Positions 12,056 through 24,200 of a DNA stretch of 64,000 bases are shown here, in pieces (within the stretch, counting starts at the first letter, position 1; each line of letters starts with the position of its first letter). Source of the stretch: an uncultured Deferribacteres bacterium. GTDB taxonomy: Bacteria; Zhuqueibacterota; JdFR-76; DREG01. The stretch covers positions 82,675 through 146,674 of the forward strand of contig CAJVYQ010000002.1 of the NCBI GenBank assembly GCA_913009825.1, written 5' to 3'. Made by a program: the position numbers and the translations under genes. The notes under the pieces are model-generated. The model made no database searches and had not been told where the DNA came from. It worked only from the letters and a program-made list of their open reading frames with translations.

Positions 12056-13180
12056 ATGCCAAACATCAATTTGTTGAACGGGAAAGATTTTTCTCGGGAA
12101 GTAGAAAAAATCGATCCGGATGCGGTCTCTTTTGAAGATTTTAAAGCTATGGAAGAGGAGCCTCCCAAAGTTGAAAAAGCGGCGGAAACGGCAGCCGAAA
12201 AAGTAGAAGAAGAAACCAGGCCGGAACCATTGCCGGTGGAGGAAGATACTTATTCCCGGTTCAGGGAGCATTCGTCAAATATGCCTCTGATTATCGGAAT
12301 CGTTACGGTGATCCTCGTTGCTATTCTGTTTGTGTTTCTTTATTCAAATTACAAATCCGGTGGAAAAGGAAAGACGGCTTCTTCTCAGCAACAGAAGCCG
12401 GCAGATACGACCGCTTCGGCTAATTTGCCCGGAACAGAATCACAGACAGGTTCGGAACAAACGACGACCCCAAAAGAAGTAGAAGTGAAACCGGGAAAAA
12501 CACAAACCCGGGAACAACCGGATATCAATCAGCCGGAAAAACAGATAGGGGCAACCCAAACCACAACCGTTTCTTTTCTTGGGTTATCCGCGGCCAGGGC
12601 AGCAGGAATGGCCGGCGCGTCTCTTCTTGGTGATGTCCAATCTGCGCTCATTCCCGGTATGGAACTACTTTTCTTCCGTTATAGCGGCGGTGTGTTTATC
12701 ACAGAAATTGCCGCCCCATCAGAGAATTTATTAACACAGTTCGAACATAACCTGAAAGCCAAAAACAGCGCAGCGAAAACGAAGATTCTCTCGGAAAGAG
12801 AAATGCTGGTTAACGGACAGGTGATGAAAATCCGCCAAATCAGCGGTAATTTGCCTGTTGGCGGCTCGGCTCCCTCTGCAACTCAAACGTTGGCTTCCGA
12901 ACGGATCAAGCGGGAATTTGGTGCAAAAGCCAGGCAATTCGGTTTAAAAACGGATCAGATAGAAATTTCTCCGGTGGTTGCATTGCAGGGAAGAAAATTG
13001 AAACTGGTTACGTTAAAAACTTCGGGTAGTCAGGAAAATATTTTAATTTTTGTTTTCGCTTTAATCAAAAGTTACGGCAATGTGGGGATTGACAAAATTA
13101 TGGTTTCCCGGTTGTCTCCGTCTCAAACAGACAATAGTCGTTTGATGGCCATATTGGATTTGGATATTTACTTAGATTGA
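12056..13180 (+). CDS. Single-pass membrane protein, possible PilN/PilO-like fusion
   Basis: Starts PNINLL (PilN-like), acidic region, one TM, low-complexity linker, two putative periplasmic alpha/beta domains; follows the PilM-like gene. Confidence 0.5.
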   Translation: MPNINLLNGKDFSREVEKIDPDAVSFEDFKAMEEEPPKVEKAAETAAEKVEEETRPEPLPVEEDTYSRFREHSSNMPLIIGIVTVILVAILFVFLYSNYKSGGKGKTASSQQQKPADTTASANLPGTESQTGSEQTTTPKEVEVKPGKTQTREQPDINQPEKQIGATQTTTVSFLGLSAARAAGMAGASLLGDVQSALIPGMELLFFRYSGGVFITEIAAPSENLLTQFEHNLKAKNSAAKTKILSEREMLVNGQVMKIRQISGNLPVGGSAPSATQTLASERIKREFGAKARQFGLKTDQIEISPVVALQGRKLKLVTLKTSGSQENILIFVFALIKSYGNVGIDKIMVSRLSPSQTDNSRLMAILDLDIYLD

Positions 13181-13186
13181 TACAAA

Positions 13187-13750
13187 ATGCGCATAATTGC
13201 TGGCCACTGGAAAGGCTTTCATTTAGATGGCGGGCGATTTAAGGATGTAAGACCTTTAACAGACCGGATCAAAGAATCTCTTTTTGGCATTTTAGGGAAT
13301 GAGATTGAAGGGGCGATCATCCTGGATGTTTTTGCCGGCAGCGGTTCTTTTGGTCTGGAGGCGTTAAGCAGAGATGCAAAACAGGTTGTCTTTTGTGAAA
13401 AATCAACAGCGGTAACGGATTTAATTCAGAAGAATTTAAAAAAAACAAAGTGTGACAGAAGCAGATATCAAATCATTACTGCCGATGTTTTCAAAATTCT
13501 TCCACGTCTTGCCACTGGAGATATTTTTTTTGATGTTGTGTTTGCCGACCCTCCTTTTCGTTTGCCACAAAGTGAAAAATTTTTACATTCCCTTTCGAAA
13601 TTTGATATTCTGTCCCGGGAGGGAATTTTAATCTACAGGCATCATAAAATGGAGACAGCCCCGCAGAGAAGTGAAAAATATATTCTTTACCGGGAAAAGA
13701 TTTTTGGCGATTCTGTTGTCAAATTTTATCGAAAAGAGCACAATGAATAG
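13187..13750 (+). CDS. rsmD: 16S rRNA m2G966 methyltransferase
   Basis: MRIIAG, RPLTDRIKESLF, FAGSGS.GLEALSR, DPPF; upstream of coaD. Confidence 0.92.
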   Translation: MRIIAGHWKGFHLDGGRFKDVRPLTDRIKESLFGILGNEIEGAIILDVFAGSGSFGLEALSRDAKQVVFCEKSTAVTDLIQKNLKKTKCDRSRYQIITADVFKILPRLATGDIFFDVVFADPPFRLPQSEKFLHSLSKFDILSREGILIYRHHKMETAPQRSEKYILYREKIFGDSVVKFYRKEHNE

Positions 13751-14237
13751 AATAGCAATTTATCCGGGCACATTTGATCCGATTACAAACGGACACATTG
13801 ATATTATCGAGCGGGCTAGTCACCTGTTCCATCGTGTCATTGTCGCTATTGCCGTTAATCCCGCCAAACAGCCGTTGTTTTCAGTTGAAGAACGCCGGGA
13901 GATGATTCTCCAATCCACCCGGCAGATTAAAAATATGGAAGTGGATTTTTTTAACGGTCTTGTAGTCAATTATGCAGAAGCCAGGGGTGCCGTGGCTATT
14001 GTCCGGGGTTTACGGGCTGTGTCGGATTTTGAATATGAGCTGCAGATGGCGTTGATGAATCGAAAACTAAAAGAACAGGTTGTAACCGTTTTTTTGATGC
14101 CTCATGAACAAAACATCTATTTGAATTCTTCTATTGTGAAGGAGGTATTTTCTTTTGGTGGAGACATCTCATACTTGGTACCGGATGTTGTATTGAAAGC
14201 GTTGCAGGAAAAGATTCCCCGTAATTTAGATAAGTAG
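13743..14237 (+). CDS. coaD: Phosphopantetheine adenylyltransferase
   Basis: YPGTFDPITNGH, RGLRAVSDFEYE. Confidence 0.97.
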   Translation: MNRIAIYPGTFDPITNGHIDIIERASHLFHRVIVAIAVNPAKQPLFSVEERREMILQSTRQIKNMEVDFFNGLVVNYAEARGAVAIVRGLRAVSDFEYELQMALMNRKLKEQVVTVFLMPHEQNIYLNSSIVKEVFSFGGDISYLVPDVVLKALQEKIPRNLDK

Positions 14238-14269
14238 ATAATGGCTGCCGATTAAAAGTAAGGTATAAA

Positions 14270-15250
14270 ATGAATTTTATAGAAAACATACACAGTAAAG
14301 CACACAACCGGAAACGCACCATTGTATTACCGGAAGGTGAAGAAGAAAGAATGGTCAAAGCGGCCGGGATTATTCATGAAGAAAACCTGGCTGATTTAAT
14401 TTTGATCGGCCGTGAGAAAAAAATAAGAAATCAGGCGGATCAGTTGGGAGTGAATTTATCCGGCATGGAGATTCGCCGGCCGGAAGAGGATCCCAGGTTT
14501 CAGGAATATGCCGCCGCTTATTATGAACTTCGCAAAGAGAAAGGGATGACGTTAGAAAAAGCGAATAAAACCATGACCAATCCTTTGTTTTACGGAGCCA
14601 TGTTGGTGCGCCGGGGAATTGCCGCCGGAAGTGTCGCCGGGTCCATCAATACAACCGGTAATGTTTTGAAGGCAGCACTGCACCTCATCGGTCTGGAATC
14701 CGGGATTTCGGTGGTTTCCGGTGCATTCGCCATGGTCATCCCCGGTTGGGAAACGGTATTTACCTTTGCCGATAGCGCCGTTGTGCCGGACCCCACACCG
14801 GAGCAGTTAGCTGCTATTGCACGAACATCGGCGAAAACCCACCAACAGTTGACAGGCGAAGAACCGGTTGTTGCACTATTATCGTTTTCTACCATGGGTA
14901 GTGCGGACCATCCATTGGTTGACAAAGTGAAAGAAGCGTTGCAGATTGCCCAAGCAGCGGATCCCCAACTAAAAATTGATGGTGAATTACAATTGGATGC
15001 AGCCATCATTCCTGAGATTGGGAGAAAGAAGGCGCCGGAATCTGCCGTTGCCGGCAAAGCAAATGTGCTCATTTTTCCTGATTTGAATGCCGGAAATATT
15101 GGTTATAAATTAGTCAATCGATTTGCCGGGGCAGAAGCCATCGGTCCTATTGTTCAGGGATTACAAAAACCGGCCAATGACATTTCCCGTGGCTGCAGTG
15201 TCGACGATATTGTAAATGTTGTGTCCATTTGTTCATTGATGGCTAAATAG
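14270..15250 (+). CDS. pta: Phosphate acetyltransferase
   Basis: IVLPEGEEER, LSFSTMGS, DGELQLDAA, FPDLNAGNIGYK, NDISRG. Confidence 0.95.
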   Translation: MNFIENIHSKAHNRKRTIVLPEGEEERMVKAAGIIHEENLADLILIGREKKIRNQADQLGVNLSGMEIRRPEEDPRFQEYAAAYYELRKEKGMTLEKANKTMTNPLFYGAMLVRRGIAAGSVAGSINTTGNVLKAALHLIGLESGISVVSGAFAMVIPGWETVFTFADSAVVPDPTPEQLAAIARTSAKTHQQLTGEEPVVALLSFSTMGSADHPLVDKVKEALQIAQAADPQLKIDGELQLDAAIIPEIGRKKAPESAVAGKANVLIFPDLNAGNIGYKLVNRFAGAEAIGPIVQGLQKPANDISRGCSVDDIVNVVSICSLMAK

Positions 15251-15254
15251 TGAG

Positions 15255-16454
15255 GTGAATATGAATTTTGCTCGACGGTTAGACAAAATTTTGCCATCGA
15301 AAACATTGTCTATTACCAATCGTGTCTTAGAGATGCGCAAAGCCGGAGAAGATATTATTAGTTTAGGTGCCGGAGAACCGGATTTTGCCACACCGGAACA
15401 TGTTAAACATGCGGCGATTGACGCGATAAACAAAGGTTTTACCAAATATACTGTTTCTACCGGCATTCCGGAACTGAAGGAAGCGATTGCGACAAAATTA
15501 AAAAAGGATAACAATATCGATGTAAACCCATCTCAAGTTATCGTTTCCTGCGGCGGGAAATTTGCCCTTGCTGCTGCGGTTTTGGCCTTGTGTGAAGAAG
15601 GAGATGAAGTATTAATCCCTTCGCCGTATTGGGTAAGTTACCCGGAAATGGTTCGCCTAGCCGGGGCAAAGCCGGTCTTTGTGCCCACAAAAGCAGAACA
15701 ATGCTTTGCATTTGATTTTGATGAATTACAGCGGGCATTAACTCCCAAAACCAAACTGTTGATGTTCAACAATCCGGTCAATCCGTCCGGTGCGGTTTAC
15801 GATGAAAAAGTGACCGATAATTTGGCAGAGTGGCTGAAATCGACCAATATTTTGGCCTTAACCGATGAGATTTACGAGTCAATCATCTTCGATGATATCG
15901 CAATCCGTTCCCTCGCTTCTTACCCGGAAATTAAGGAACAGGTGATTACCGTGAATGGTGTCTCGAAGACTTACGCGATGACGGGTTGGCGCATTGGTTA
16001 TGCTGCCGGGCCGAAAAAAATCATTGCACAAATGGCCAAAATTCAGAGCCATACCACATCGAATCCTACATCGATTTCTCAATGGGCGGCGGTATCTGCA
16101 ATTTCCGGCGATCAATCTTTTGTTACGGAGATGAAAGCGGCATTTAAAAAAAGGCGGGATTTTGTTTATGATCGCCTGAATAAAATGTCCGGCCTAACAT
16201 GTACAAATGGGCTTGGCGCTTTTTATTTATTACCGGACGCTTCTTACTTTTTAAACCAGAGAACCGGTAAGGGTAAAATGAAAGATGTAGTGGAATTATG
16301 CCAATATTTGCTGGAAGAGTACAGAGTAGCCGTTGTGCCGGGGAATGCGTTTGGTGTTCCGAACCATTTTCGCATCTCTTTTGCTGCATCTATGGAACAG
16401 TTGTCGGAAGCGATGGATCGTATTCAGGCCGGCTTACATAATTTGGATTCATAA
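15255..16454 (+). CDS. PLP-dependent aminotransferase class I (aspartate aminotransferase type)
   Basis: GEPDFATP, PYWVSY, NPVNPSG, DEIY, SKTYAMTGWRIGY. Confidence 0.93.
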   Translation: MNMNFARRLDKILPSKTLSITNRVLEMRKAGEDIISLGAGEPDFATPEHVKHAAIDAINKGFTKYTVSTGIPELKEAIATKLKKDNNIDVNPSQVIVSCGGKFALAAAVLALCEEGDEVLIPSPYWVSYPEMVRLAGAKPVFVPTKAEQCFAFDFDELQRALTPKTKLLMFNNPVNPSGAVYDEKVTDNLAEWLKSTNILALTDEIYESIIFDDIAIRSLASYPEIKEQVITVNGVSKTYAMTGWRIGYAAGPKKIIAQMAKIQSHTTSNPTSISQWAAVSAISGDQSFVTEMKAAFKKRRDFVYDRLNKMSGLTCTNGLGAFYLLPDASYFLNQRTGKGKMKDVVELCQYLLEEYRVAVVPGNAFGVPNHFRISFAASMEQLSEAMDRIQAGLHNLDS

Positions 16455-16640
16455 AACAGAACATTAAAACATTTCTATATTTAAGTCGATATATTTTAAG
16501 AAATAGACCGGATGTGGAATGATTTTTGTAAAATTCTATTTGCTGTGTGCGTTTCTATTTAGAAACAGCCGGTAAACAGTCCATATTTTATCACTGGTTC
16601 AGGATGAAACAGGGGAAGTATCGACTTAAGGAGAAGCGTT

Positions 16641-17768
16641 ATGAATTATATAGAATTTCGTGATACAATTGTAGCATGGAATCGGGAATTTTTAATAGAA
16701 ACTGAATATAATGAAGAAATAAATGAAGTCACTGCCCGCGTTTCCGAAAACGAACATATCTTAAATACTTTCCATTTTCCGCTCCGTGAAAAACCTGAAA
16801 ATTCCGAATTGGAACAGATCGCTAAAAAAAATCATAAATCCATATTAGGCGATTGGGAACTCCTGTTTTATATTTATGCCAAAGTAAAAAAATCCAATCA
16901 CGCTTCTTCTCTTAATAAAATGGGCCAACTTTTATCTAAAAAGAACCTGATTCAGGAGGCCATCGATTGTTTTACCCAGGCAATCGTCCGGGATGAAAAA
17001 AATATCGATGCGTACATCAATCTTGGTAAAGCTTACATAAAAGCGGAATTTTATCCGGAAGCCGAGGATATTTTAACCCGGGTACTGGAGATGTCGCCGG
17101 AATATGCGGATATTCATCTTTATTTGGGAATTGCCCATCTTAAACGGCTTGATTTTCCCGATGCCGTCAATTGTTTGGAAAAAGCCCTGCAAATCAATCC
17201 CAAATACGATTTTTCTCACTTCATGATGGCGGTGGCTTATTTACTAAGTATTGTCGATAAAGTGGATGCCTCGGAAATGATCCCGGTTTCCTTTCGTCAA
17301 AAGAAAATTTTAGGCCATCTGCAGAAAGCGATGGATCTCAATACTTATTTTGAACATGCGAATGTGCGCCAGGTGATGAAAGAAATTCATGATGAAAACT
17401 ACCAAAGCGCCGCAAATTTATTGGAGAGTGTGGAACAATCATTCGAACCAGAGAAAGACAATCATTACGATGAAGAATTTTATTTAAACTTTATGTTTGG
17501 CGGCAAAAGCAAAGATGATAAAATCATTTCCGATTATATCGATTTGCTGCACAGAAGAAGCCAGGATAAACCCAATTTTCCGGATATTCGAAATAATTTA
17601 GGCATTGCGTATCTGATTCAATGCCGGAATATGTTTTTAAAAGCGATAGAACAATTCCGCAAGGCGCTGAAGATAAATCCCAATTTCAAAGATGCCAAAA
17701 AGAATTTAAAGCTGGCTGAAAATGAAGGAAAGGGATTTATTATTTTATTGCGTGCGTTATTAAAATAA
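16641..17768 (+). CDS. Tetratricopeptide repeat protein
   Basis: Multiple TPR units (AYINLGKAY, IHLYLGIAH, IRNNLGIAY..A..QF..AL.INP); no signal peptide. Confidence 0.85.
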   Translation: MNYIEFRDTIVAWNREFLIETEYNEEINEVTARVSENEHILNTFHFPLREKPENSELEQIAKKNHKSILGDWELLFYIYAKVKKSNHASSLNKMGQLLSKKNLIQEAIDCFTQAIVRDEKNIDAYINLGKAYIKAEFYPEAEDILTRVLEMSPEYADIHLYLGIAHLKRLDFPDAVNCLEKALQINPKYDFSHFMMAVAYLLSIVDKVDASEMIPVSFRQKKILGHLQKAMDLNTYFEHANVRQVMKEIHDENYQSAANLLESVEQSFEPEKDNHYDEEFYLNFMFGGKSKDDKIISDYIDLLHRRSQDKPNFPDIRNNLGIAYLIQCRNMFLKAIEQFRKALKINPNFKDAKKNLKLAENEGKGFIILLRALLK

Positions 17769-17787
17769 ATGTTGGGAGGGAAAACAG

Positions 17788-18255
17788 ATGGTTAAAAAGT
17801 GTGTTTTATATTTTATATTATTTGTAGTCTCTGTTCCTTTATCGGGATTTGGCCAAAACAACGCGATAGACAGTTTAATTGTTCGCCCCCTCAGTTCAAA
17901 GGTCAACGCAAACACCTTGTATAAAATAACCTTTGTTTCTCCTGTAATGGTTCCGACCGATGCACAATTTATTTTAAGATTTCCGGATCAATTTGATCTA
18001 AGTCAATTGAATTTAGCGGGTTCAAGTAAAATTGACGGTGGATTTTTACTTATTAAAAAGGGACAACAAATAGTCGTGAAAAGGAGAGGAGAAGGCAATA
18101 TTATTGATCCGGGAAAAGCTCTTGATTTACTCCTGAGCGTTGTAAAAAATCCCGGTAAAAAAAGTACGGATTATCAATTACAATTTCAGATATTAAATAA
18201 TCAAGGTGTTTTTTTAACAGATAGTCAGACCGTTGCTGTTGCTATTGACCAATGA
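17788..18255 (+). CDS. Small secreted protein homologous to the N-terminal domain of the downstream giant protein
   Basis: Sec signal peptide; YKITF..FP..FD.S...GS...GGF..R.G.GN..V.NP pattern shared with residues ~38-118 of the 3189-aa ORF. Confidence 0.8.
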   Translation: MVKKCVLYFILFVVSVPLSGFGQNNAIDSLIVRPLSSKVNANTLYKITFVSPVMVPTDAQFILRFPDQFDLSQLNLAGSSKIDGGFLLIKKGQQIVVKRRGEGNIIDPGKALDLLLSVVKNPGKKSTDYQLQFQILNNQGVFLTDSQTVAVAIDQ

Positions 18256-18299
18256 AATTTATCATTTCGATGAAAAATTAATTTTGGAGCCTTTATAGA

Positions 18300-21200
18300 A
18301 TGTTCAATTTAAAAAAGTTCTTTACAAGCTTTTTTACTTATTTTTTTATAATTGGTTTTTCAACTGTTTTTGCCCAAATTGAAGCCATTAATACAGAGGC
18401 AGGTATAAGCACTAATTATAAATTTACATTTGGGATAACAGGCACTTTAGACCCATCAGCTACTTTTTCAATTACTTTTCCGTCCGGATTCGATGCGTCT
18501 AATGTTCAAATTGTTGGATCTACTACAATGACTGGTGGATTTACCAATATTGCAGCAACTGCTGGCACGGTAACTTTTATTCGAGATGGCACTGGAAATA
18601 ATGCAAGTGGCGGGGGGCATATTATTACAATCGGGATTGTTGAAAATCCCTCTACTTCTAAGATCACCGGAAATATATCATTTTCAGGTGCAAATAGTGG
18701 CGGGGCCGGCTTGGGAAGCGCAAGCCTTTCTAACACTGTCACAATAGCTCCCAGTTCTTTAAATTACTTTACCATGACAAGTGTTCCAGGCAGTGCAACC
18801 GCGGGAGCCACTTTTGACGGTGTTTTGGTTACGGCCAAAGATGTTTACAATAATGACAAAACAGATTACGCCGGCACCGTGAGTTGGAGCAGCACAGACG
18901 GCAGTGCAACGCTGCCGACGACAGGATTGACATTTTCGGGGGAGTCAAAGACGTTTAATGGTTTTGTATTGAAAACATCGGGCAGTCAAACAATTACGGT
19001 TACCGATGGTTCCATCAGCAAAGAGAGCAGTGTGATCACGGTGAGCGCAGCCGCGCCATCAAGTTTTAATATATCGAATCCGGGCACTCAGGTAGCGGGC
19101 AGCGGCTTTAGTTTAAGTATAACCGGAGCCGTAGATGCTTATGGGAATTCAGTAAGCGGCACTGCAACAGTCGCGTTTTCCGATGCCGGGGCACACGCAT
19201 CGCCCAATGCCACCTCGCCGACTATTACGAACATCACCGTAACCAATGGCAGCGGCAGCGCTACCCAGGTGTTGGTAAATGCGGAGAGCGGAGTGCAATT
19301 GCAGGCGACGTTAGGTAGTGTCTCGCAGTCAACAAATGCGTTTACGGTGAATGCAACGACGTTGAATGGTTATACATTGTCCAATCCCGGCAGCCAGACA
19401 GCAGGCACGGGATTTGATTTGACGATAACGGATGCGATAGATATTTATGGCAATGGAGTAGACGGCACCGCCACGGTAGAATTGTTACCGTCCGGGTCTC
19501 ATAATTCCCCGGATGGTTTTTCGCCGTCAGTTCAGAATATAGCCGTAACGGCCGCGAGCCCGGGAACGGGAAGCGCAGTCCAGATTTTATACAAGTCGGA
19601 GAACAATGTTCAGCTCCGCACCAGTATGGGGGGGATTCAACAGACGGGCGCTGCCTTTAATGTTGGCGTGAGCAGTTTATCTTATGTGAAAGTCTTAACG
19701 GATGCAAGTGGTAACACCGGAGAAGTTGGCGCGCAGACCTTAGGAGCGGGTAATACGCTAACGGTACATGCCGGCGGATTTGATGGCTATGGTAATTATA
19801 ATGTTGACGAGCCTGTAAGTTGGAGTGTCTCCGGCGGAATTGGGAATATGTCTCCGGCAAGTGGTACATCTTCAACTTTAACGGCAAGTACAGAGGGCAG
19901 CGGGTCGATCAAGGCAGACCATGCTGCCGCAACCGATGGAGTTAGTGGTACGATAACGGTAACGAAAGGAACATTGAGTTATGTTCGTGTAGTGGAGGGG
20001 TTGAGCGGAGCCGGTTCAGCCCTGGGTTCCCGAACCTTGACGGCAGGTCAATCGCTTACGGTTCATGCGGCGGGCTATGATGCGACGGACAATTATCTGG
20101 GAGATTACACGGTAAATTGGACGGTAAGTAATGGGATCGGTAGTTTCAGTTCCGGGAGCGGGGCAAGTACTGTATTTACTGCAGAAACGGTTGGTAATGG
20201 AGTGATCACGGCGCATCATTCTACGGCTACTGATGGCGCTTCAGGTACTATTACTGTGAATTATGGAACATTTAGCACATTCCAGGTAGCAGCGGATTTA
20301 AACGGAACAAATATTGGCAATAAAACAGCAGGGCAATCCTTTAACATTAGTGTTGTTGCAAAGGATGCCTATAATAATACGGTGCAAAATTTTACGAACA
20401 CAGCCAATCTTACTGATCTAACCGGAGATTTGAATACTACTACCGGTAATTTTGTTGAAGGTGCCTGGACAGGTCAAATAATAATAATGAAAAGTAAAAC
20501 GGGAAACACAATTACGGCCTCAAATTCTGGAAAAAGCGGCACATCAAATGCTTTCAATGTAGCCCCGGCATCGCTGGAACATTTTACGTTTGCCACCGTT
20601 TCAAGTCCGCAAACGGCGGGAACGGATTTTAGCGTGACAATTACAGCAAAGGATGTTTATGAAAACACCGTTACTTCCCACATGGCGGCGGCAAATTTAA
20701 GCGTAAACACAGGCGCCGGAACATTCAGTCCTACTACTACAGGCGGTTTTACCGCCGGCGTGTGGACAGGCAATATGACCGTTACCAAAGCGCAGACGGA
20801 TGTGAAAATCACGGTTAGCTACAGCAGTAAAAGCGGGCAGTCCAATTTGTTCAATGTAGGTTCGGGCGCGCTGTATCACTTTTCCATCGCTCCGGTCAGC
20901 AGTCCTCAAACTGCGGGCGCTCCGTTCAGTATTACCGTTACGGCGCAGGATGCCAACGATAATACGGTTACCGGTTTTTCCGGTACGGTAAATATAAGCA
21001 ATAAAACCGCGTCCATCAGCCCCGTCATCAGCGGGAATTTCAGTAATGGAATCTGGATTGGCAATGTGACGATCACACAAGTTAAAACATCCGATCGGAT
21101 CACCGTCTTGAGAACCGGAGGGGGAACGGAAACCGGCGTTTCCAACACATTTGATGTAACCACAACGGACATAGACCATTTTACCGTTGCCACTATCAGC

Positions 21201-24200
21201 ACTCCGCAAACGGCAGGCGTGGCGTTCACCATTACGGTAACGGCGGAAGATGCCAATAATAATAAAGTAACCGGTTTTAACGGCACTGTTTCTATCGGCG
21301 ATGAGACAGGTTCCATAAGTCCCAAAACCAGCGGCAGTTTCAGCAATGGCGTTTGGTCGGATGATGTTAGCATCACGGAAAGCAAAACAGGCAACACTAT
21401 CACCGTAACAGGCGCCGGGAAAAGCGGTCAATCCAACAGTTTTAATGTGAACCCTGCTTCGCTGGATCATTTCACTATTGCCGCCATTTCCAGTCCTCAG
21501 GTTGCCGGAGCAGCGTTTGGGGTAACCATTACTGCTAAAGATACTTACGAAAATACGCTGACAAATTATACAAATTCAGCCGGTTTGAGCGTTAACACAG
21601 GCGCAGGAACATTCTCGCCAACGACAACTACCGGAGGGTTTACGGCAGGAGGTTGGTCGGGAAATGTTACCGTTACAAAAAAGCAGGCGGATGTTTTGCT
21701 CGTTGTAAAAGACGGCTCCGTCAGCGATACTTCCAATGCATTTAATGTGCGCGCCGCGCAGGTGGCCGGCATTACGGTGCGGGATGCCGCCCTGGGTTCC
21801 GGAAATGATGTCGGCGATCGTTCGTTAACGCTTGACCAAACTCTAATCTTGTATGCAGCGGGTTATGACCAGTATGGTAATTTTTCTCATGACGTGACCG
21901 TAAGCTGGAGCGTAACAGGAAACTTGGATTCTCCCAATCCGTCTACCGGAAACTCAACCGTTTTTGATCCCGCCACGCCCAACACAAGCGGTACCATTGT
22001 GGCGGACAGCGCGACGATTTCCGATGCAACCGGAACCATTACGGTTGGCGCTATCGCATCCATTAAAATACGCGATGCGGCAAACGGAGCGGGAAATGAA
22101 ATAACGACAGCGCAATTGACGGCGGACGATTCATTAACTCTTTACGCCGCCGGGTATGATGCCGGCAACACGTTCATCGGCGATGTACAGGTTGACTGGT
22201 CTTCTACCGGTTTGGTGCCTGTTGTATCTGTTATTTCTGTCTCCGGGGTTGTTTTTTCTCCCATCGAAGCGCCAAAATCGGGCACAATAACCGCTACACA
22301 TGCAACGGCCGGAACTAAAAATGTTACCGTCACTGTTACTCCGGGTGTTCCAACGGGCGCTATCAGTCTTACGGCAGATCCTACGGCGCTGCCCGCGGAC
22401 AACAGCAGCACTTCCGCCATCACTTCCGATGTGATTCACGATGCGGATGGAAACGCTGTTGCTTCAGGGACATTGATTACGGTTTCAATAGATGATACAG
22501 ATTTGGGCACCATCACTTCTCCGGATGCCGGCGCAGGCTATGCCGGAACTCAAATTGCTACGGACGCTTCCGGTAAAATTACGTTTGTCCTTCAAGCCGG
22601 ATCGGTTGGCGGTAAAGCTTCCATTTTTATTTCCAGTGTAACCGGCAGCGCTGCCGGCAATACGGTGGTTCAGATTACAAATTTGCGAATTTTGTCCATT
22701 GAAGCGCCGGATCTGGTCAGCCAGGGACAGACGTCGGTTCCGGTTACCATGACGGTTTACAATCTGGGCGATCAGCCGATAACGGATGTTACGGCCAGTT
22801 TAAGCTTTACGGGACCGGCCTCACAAAATTTAAACGGCGATTATGCCAATATTTCCACAACTATTCCTTCTGTCCCGGCAAATCAGCAGATGTCCATTCT
22901 GTTTAATGTAACGGTTTCCACCGGTGCAACAACAGGTATTCCCGTAACTATCGATGGCGGACTGAGCGGAAAAGTAAACGGTAATCCTGTTTCCAACCAG
23001 GGCGCGGAAACAACGGATAACTGGACGGTGCAGTCACCGGCGAGTTTTAAAATAACAAAAGTAGCTACCGACATAGATAGCGTTACCATCGGTCAGCAAA
23101 ACCTTGCCGTGGAAATGCGGGTGGAGAATACCGGCCAGGCAACGGCGCAGATTACCAACGCTACGCTTCATTTTAAAAAGGGCGCGACCAACGTCAGTTC
23201 ACAATATTCTGTATCGCCGGCGCCGGCAAATCCGACAAGTTTGACAGGTGGTACAGCAGATATTTTTGAATTCGTTGTGGATGTTTCCGCCGGCGCCGAG
23301 TTGGGAACTATCACGCTGGACGGTGAAATCGCCGGTACCGACAATAATTCAAACCGCGTAATTACAGACACCGGCGCAGATACTACAGATAATTGGGAAG
23401 TGATCGCAGCAGGCGTTTTACAGATTACATCGCTCACCACAACCCAGACGACGGTGACGCAGGGTCAAACCACACCCTGGTACATTGATCTGAATGTGAA
23501 AAACAACGGCGGCGCCAATTTCACCCTGGACAGCGCCAGAATCAGCATTTACATCGGCACGGAAGTGACGCAGGAATACACCATCGTGAACCCGGCAAAA
23601 TTTTGGAACAACGGTCTGTTATCCTCCACACTGCCGGCGCATGGCCAGGATAAACTCCGTTTCAAAATTGATGCTACCGGTGTAACAAAAGGATTGGCTA
23701 CAATCCAGGGGCGTTTGTGGGTTAAAGATGAAATCAGCGGTTCACAATTATCCGAACAGACAAACGGAAACTCCGGCAGCGTAACGGTTCAGTCTCCGGC
23801 ACAACTGCAAGTGGTATATGTATTGGCAGAAAAATCCACGTTTACTGCCGGCCAGAACACACTGTGGCGTTTAATTGCCAATGTAAAAAATTCCGGTGAA
23901 AGCGCTATCCGGATCGATACTTCCAAAGCGGTATCGTCCCTGGAATTCAAAATCGGCCAGAATGTGTTAACAGATTTTGAAGTTGAACAACCGGTGGGTA
24001 TCGATCAACAGCAGGGAGCCTTTGTTTTGGCAGGCGGGCAAACCGGATTGCTGACGTTTAATATCGTTCAGACGACGTATTCCACCGGCACATGCCGGAT
24101 AAAAGCGATCATCGGCGGCAGAGAGGTAAATAGCGACCGCTCTCTGAATAGCAGCAATTTAACTTTTGTAACCATCGTGAATTCTTCCACGGTTTATATT

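Noticed and set aside
20697..21470. 257-aa antisense ORF and other minus-strand ORFs inside the giant gene
   Set aside because: Shadow frames of a biased repetitive coding strand with no recognisable motifs
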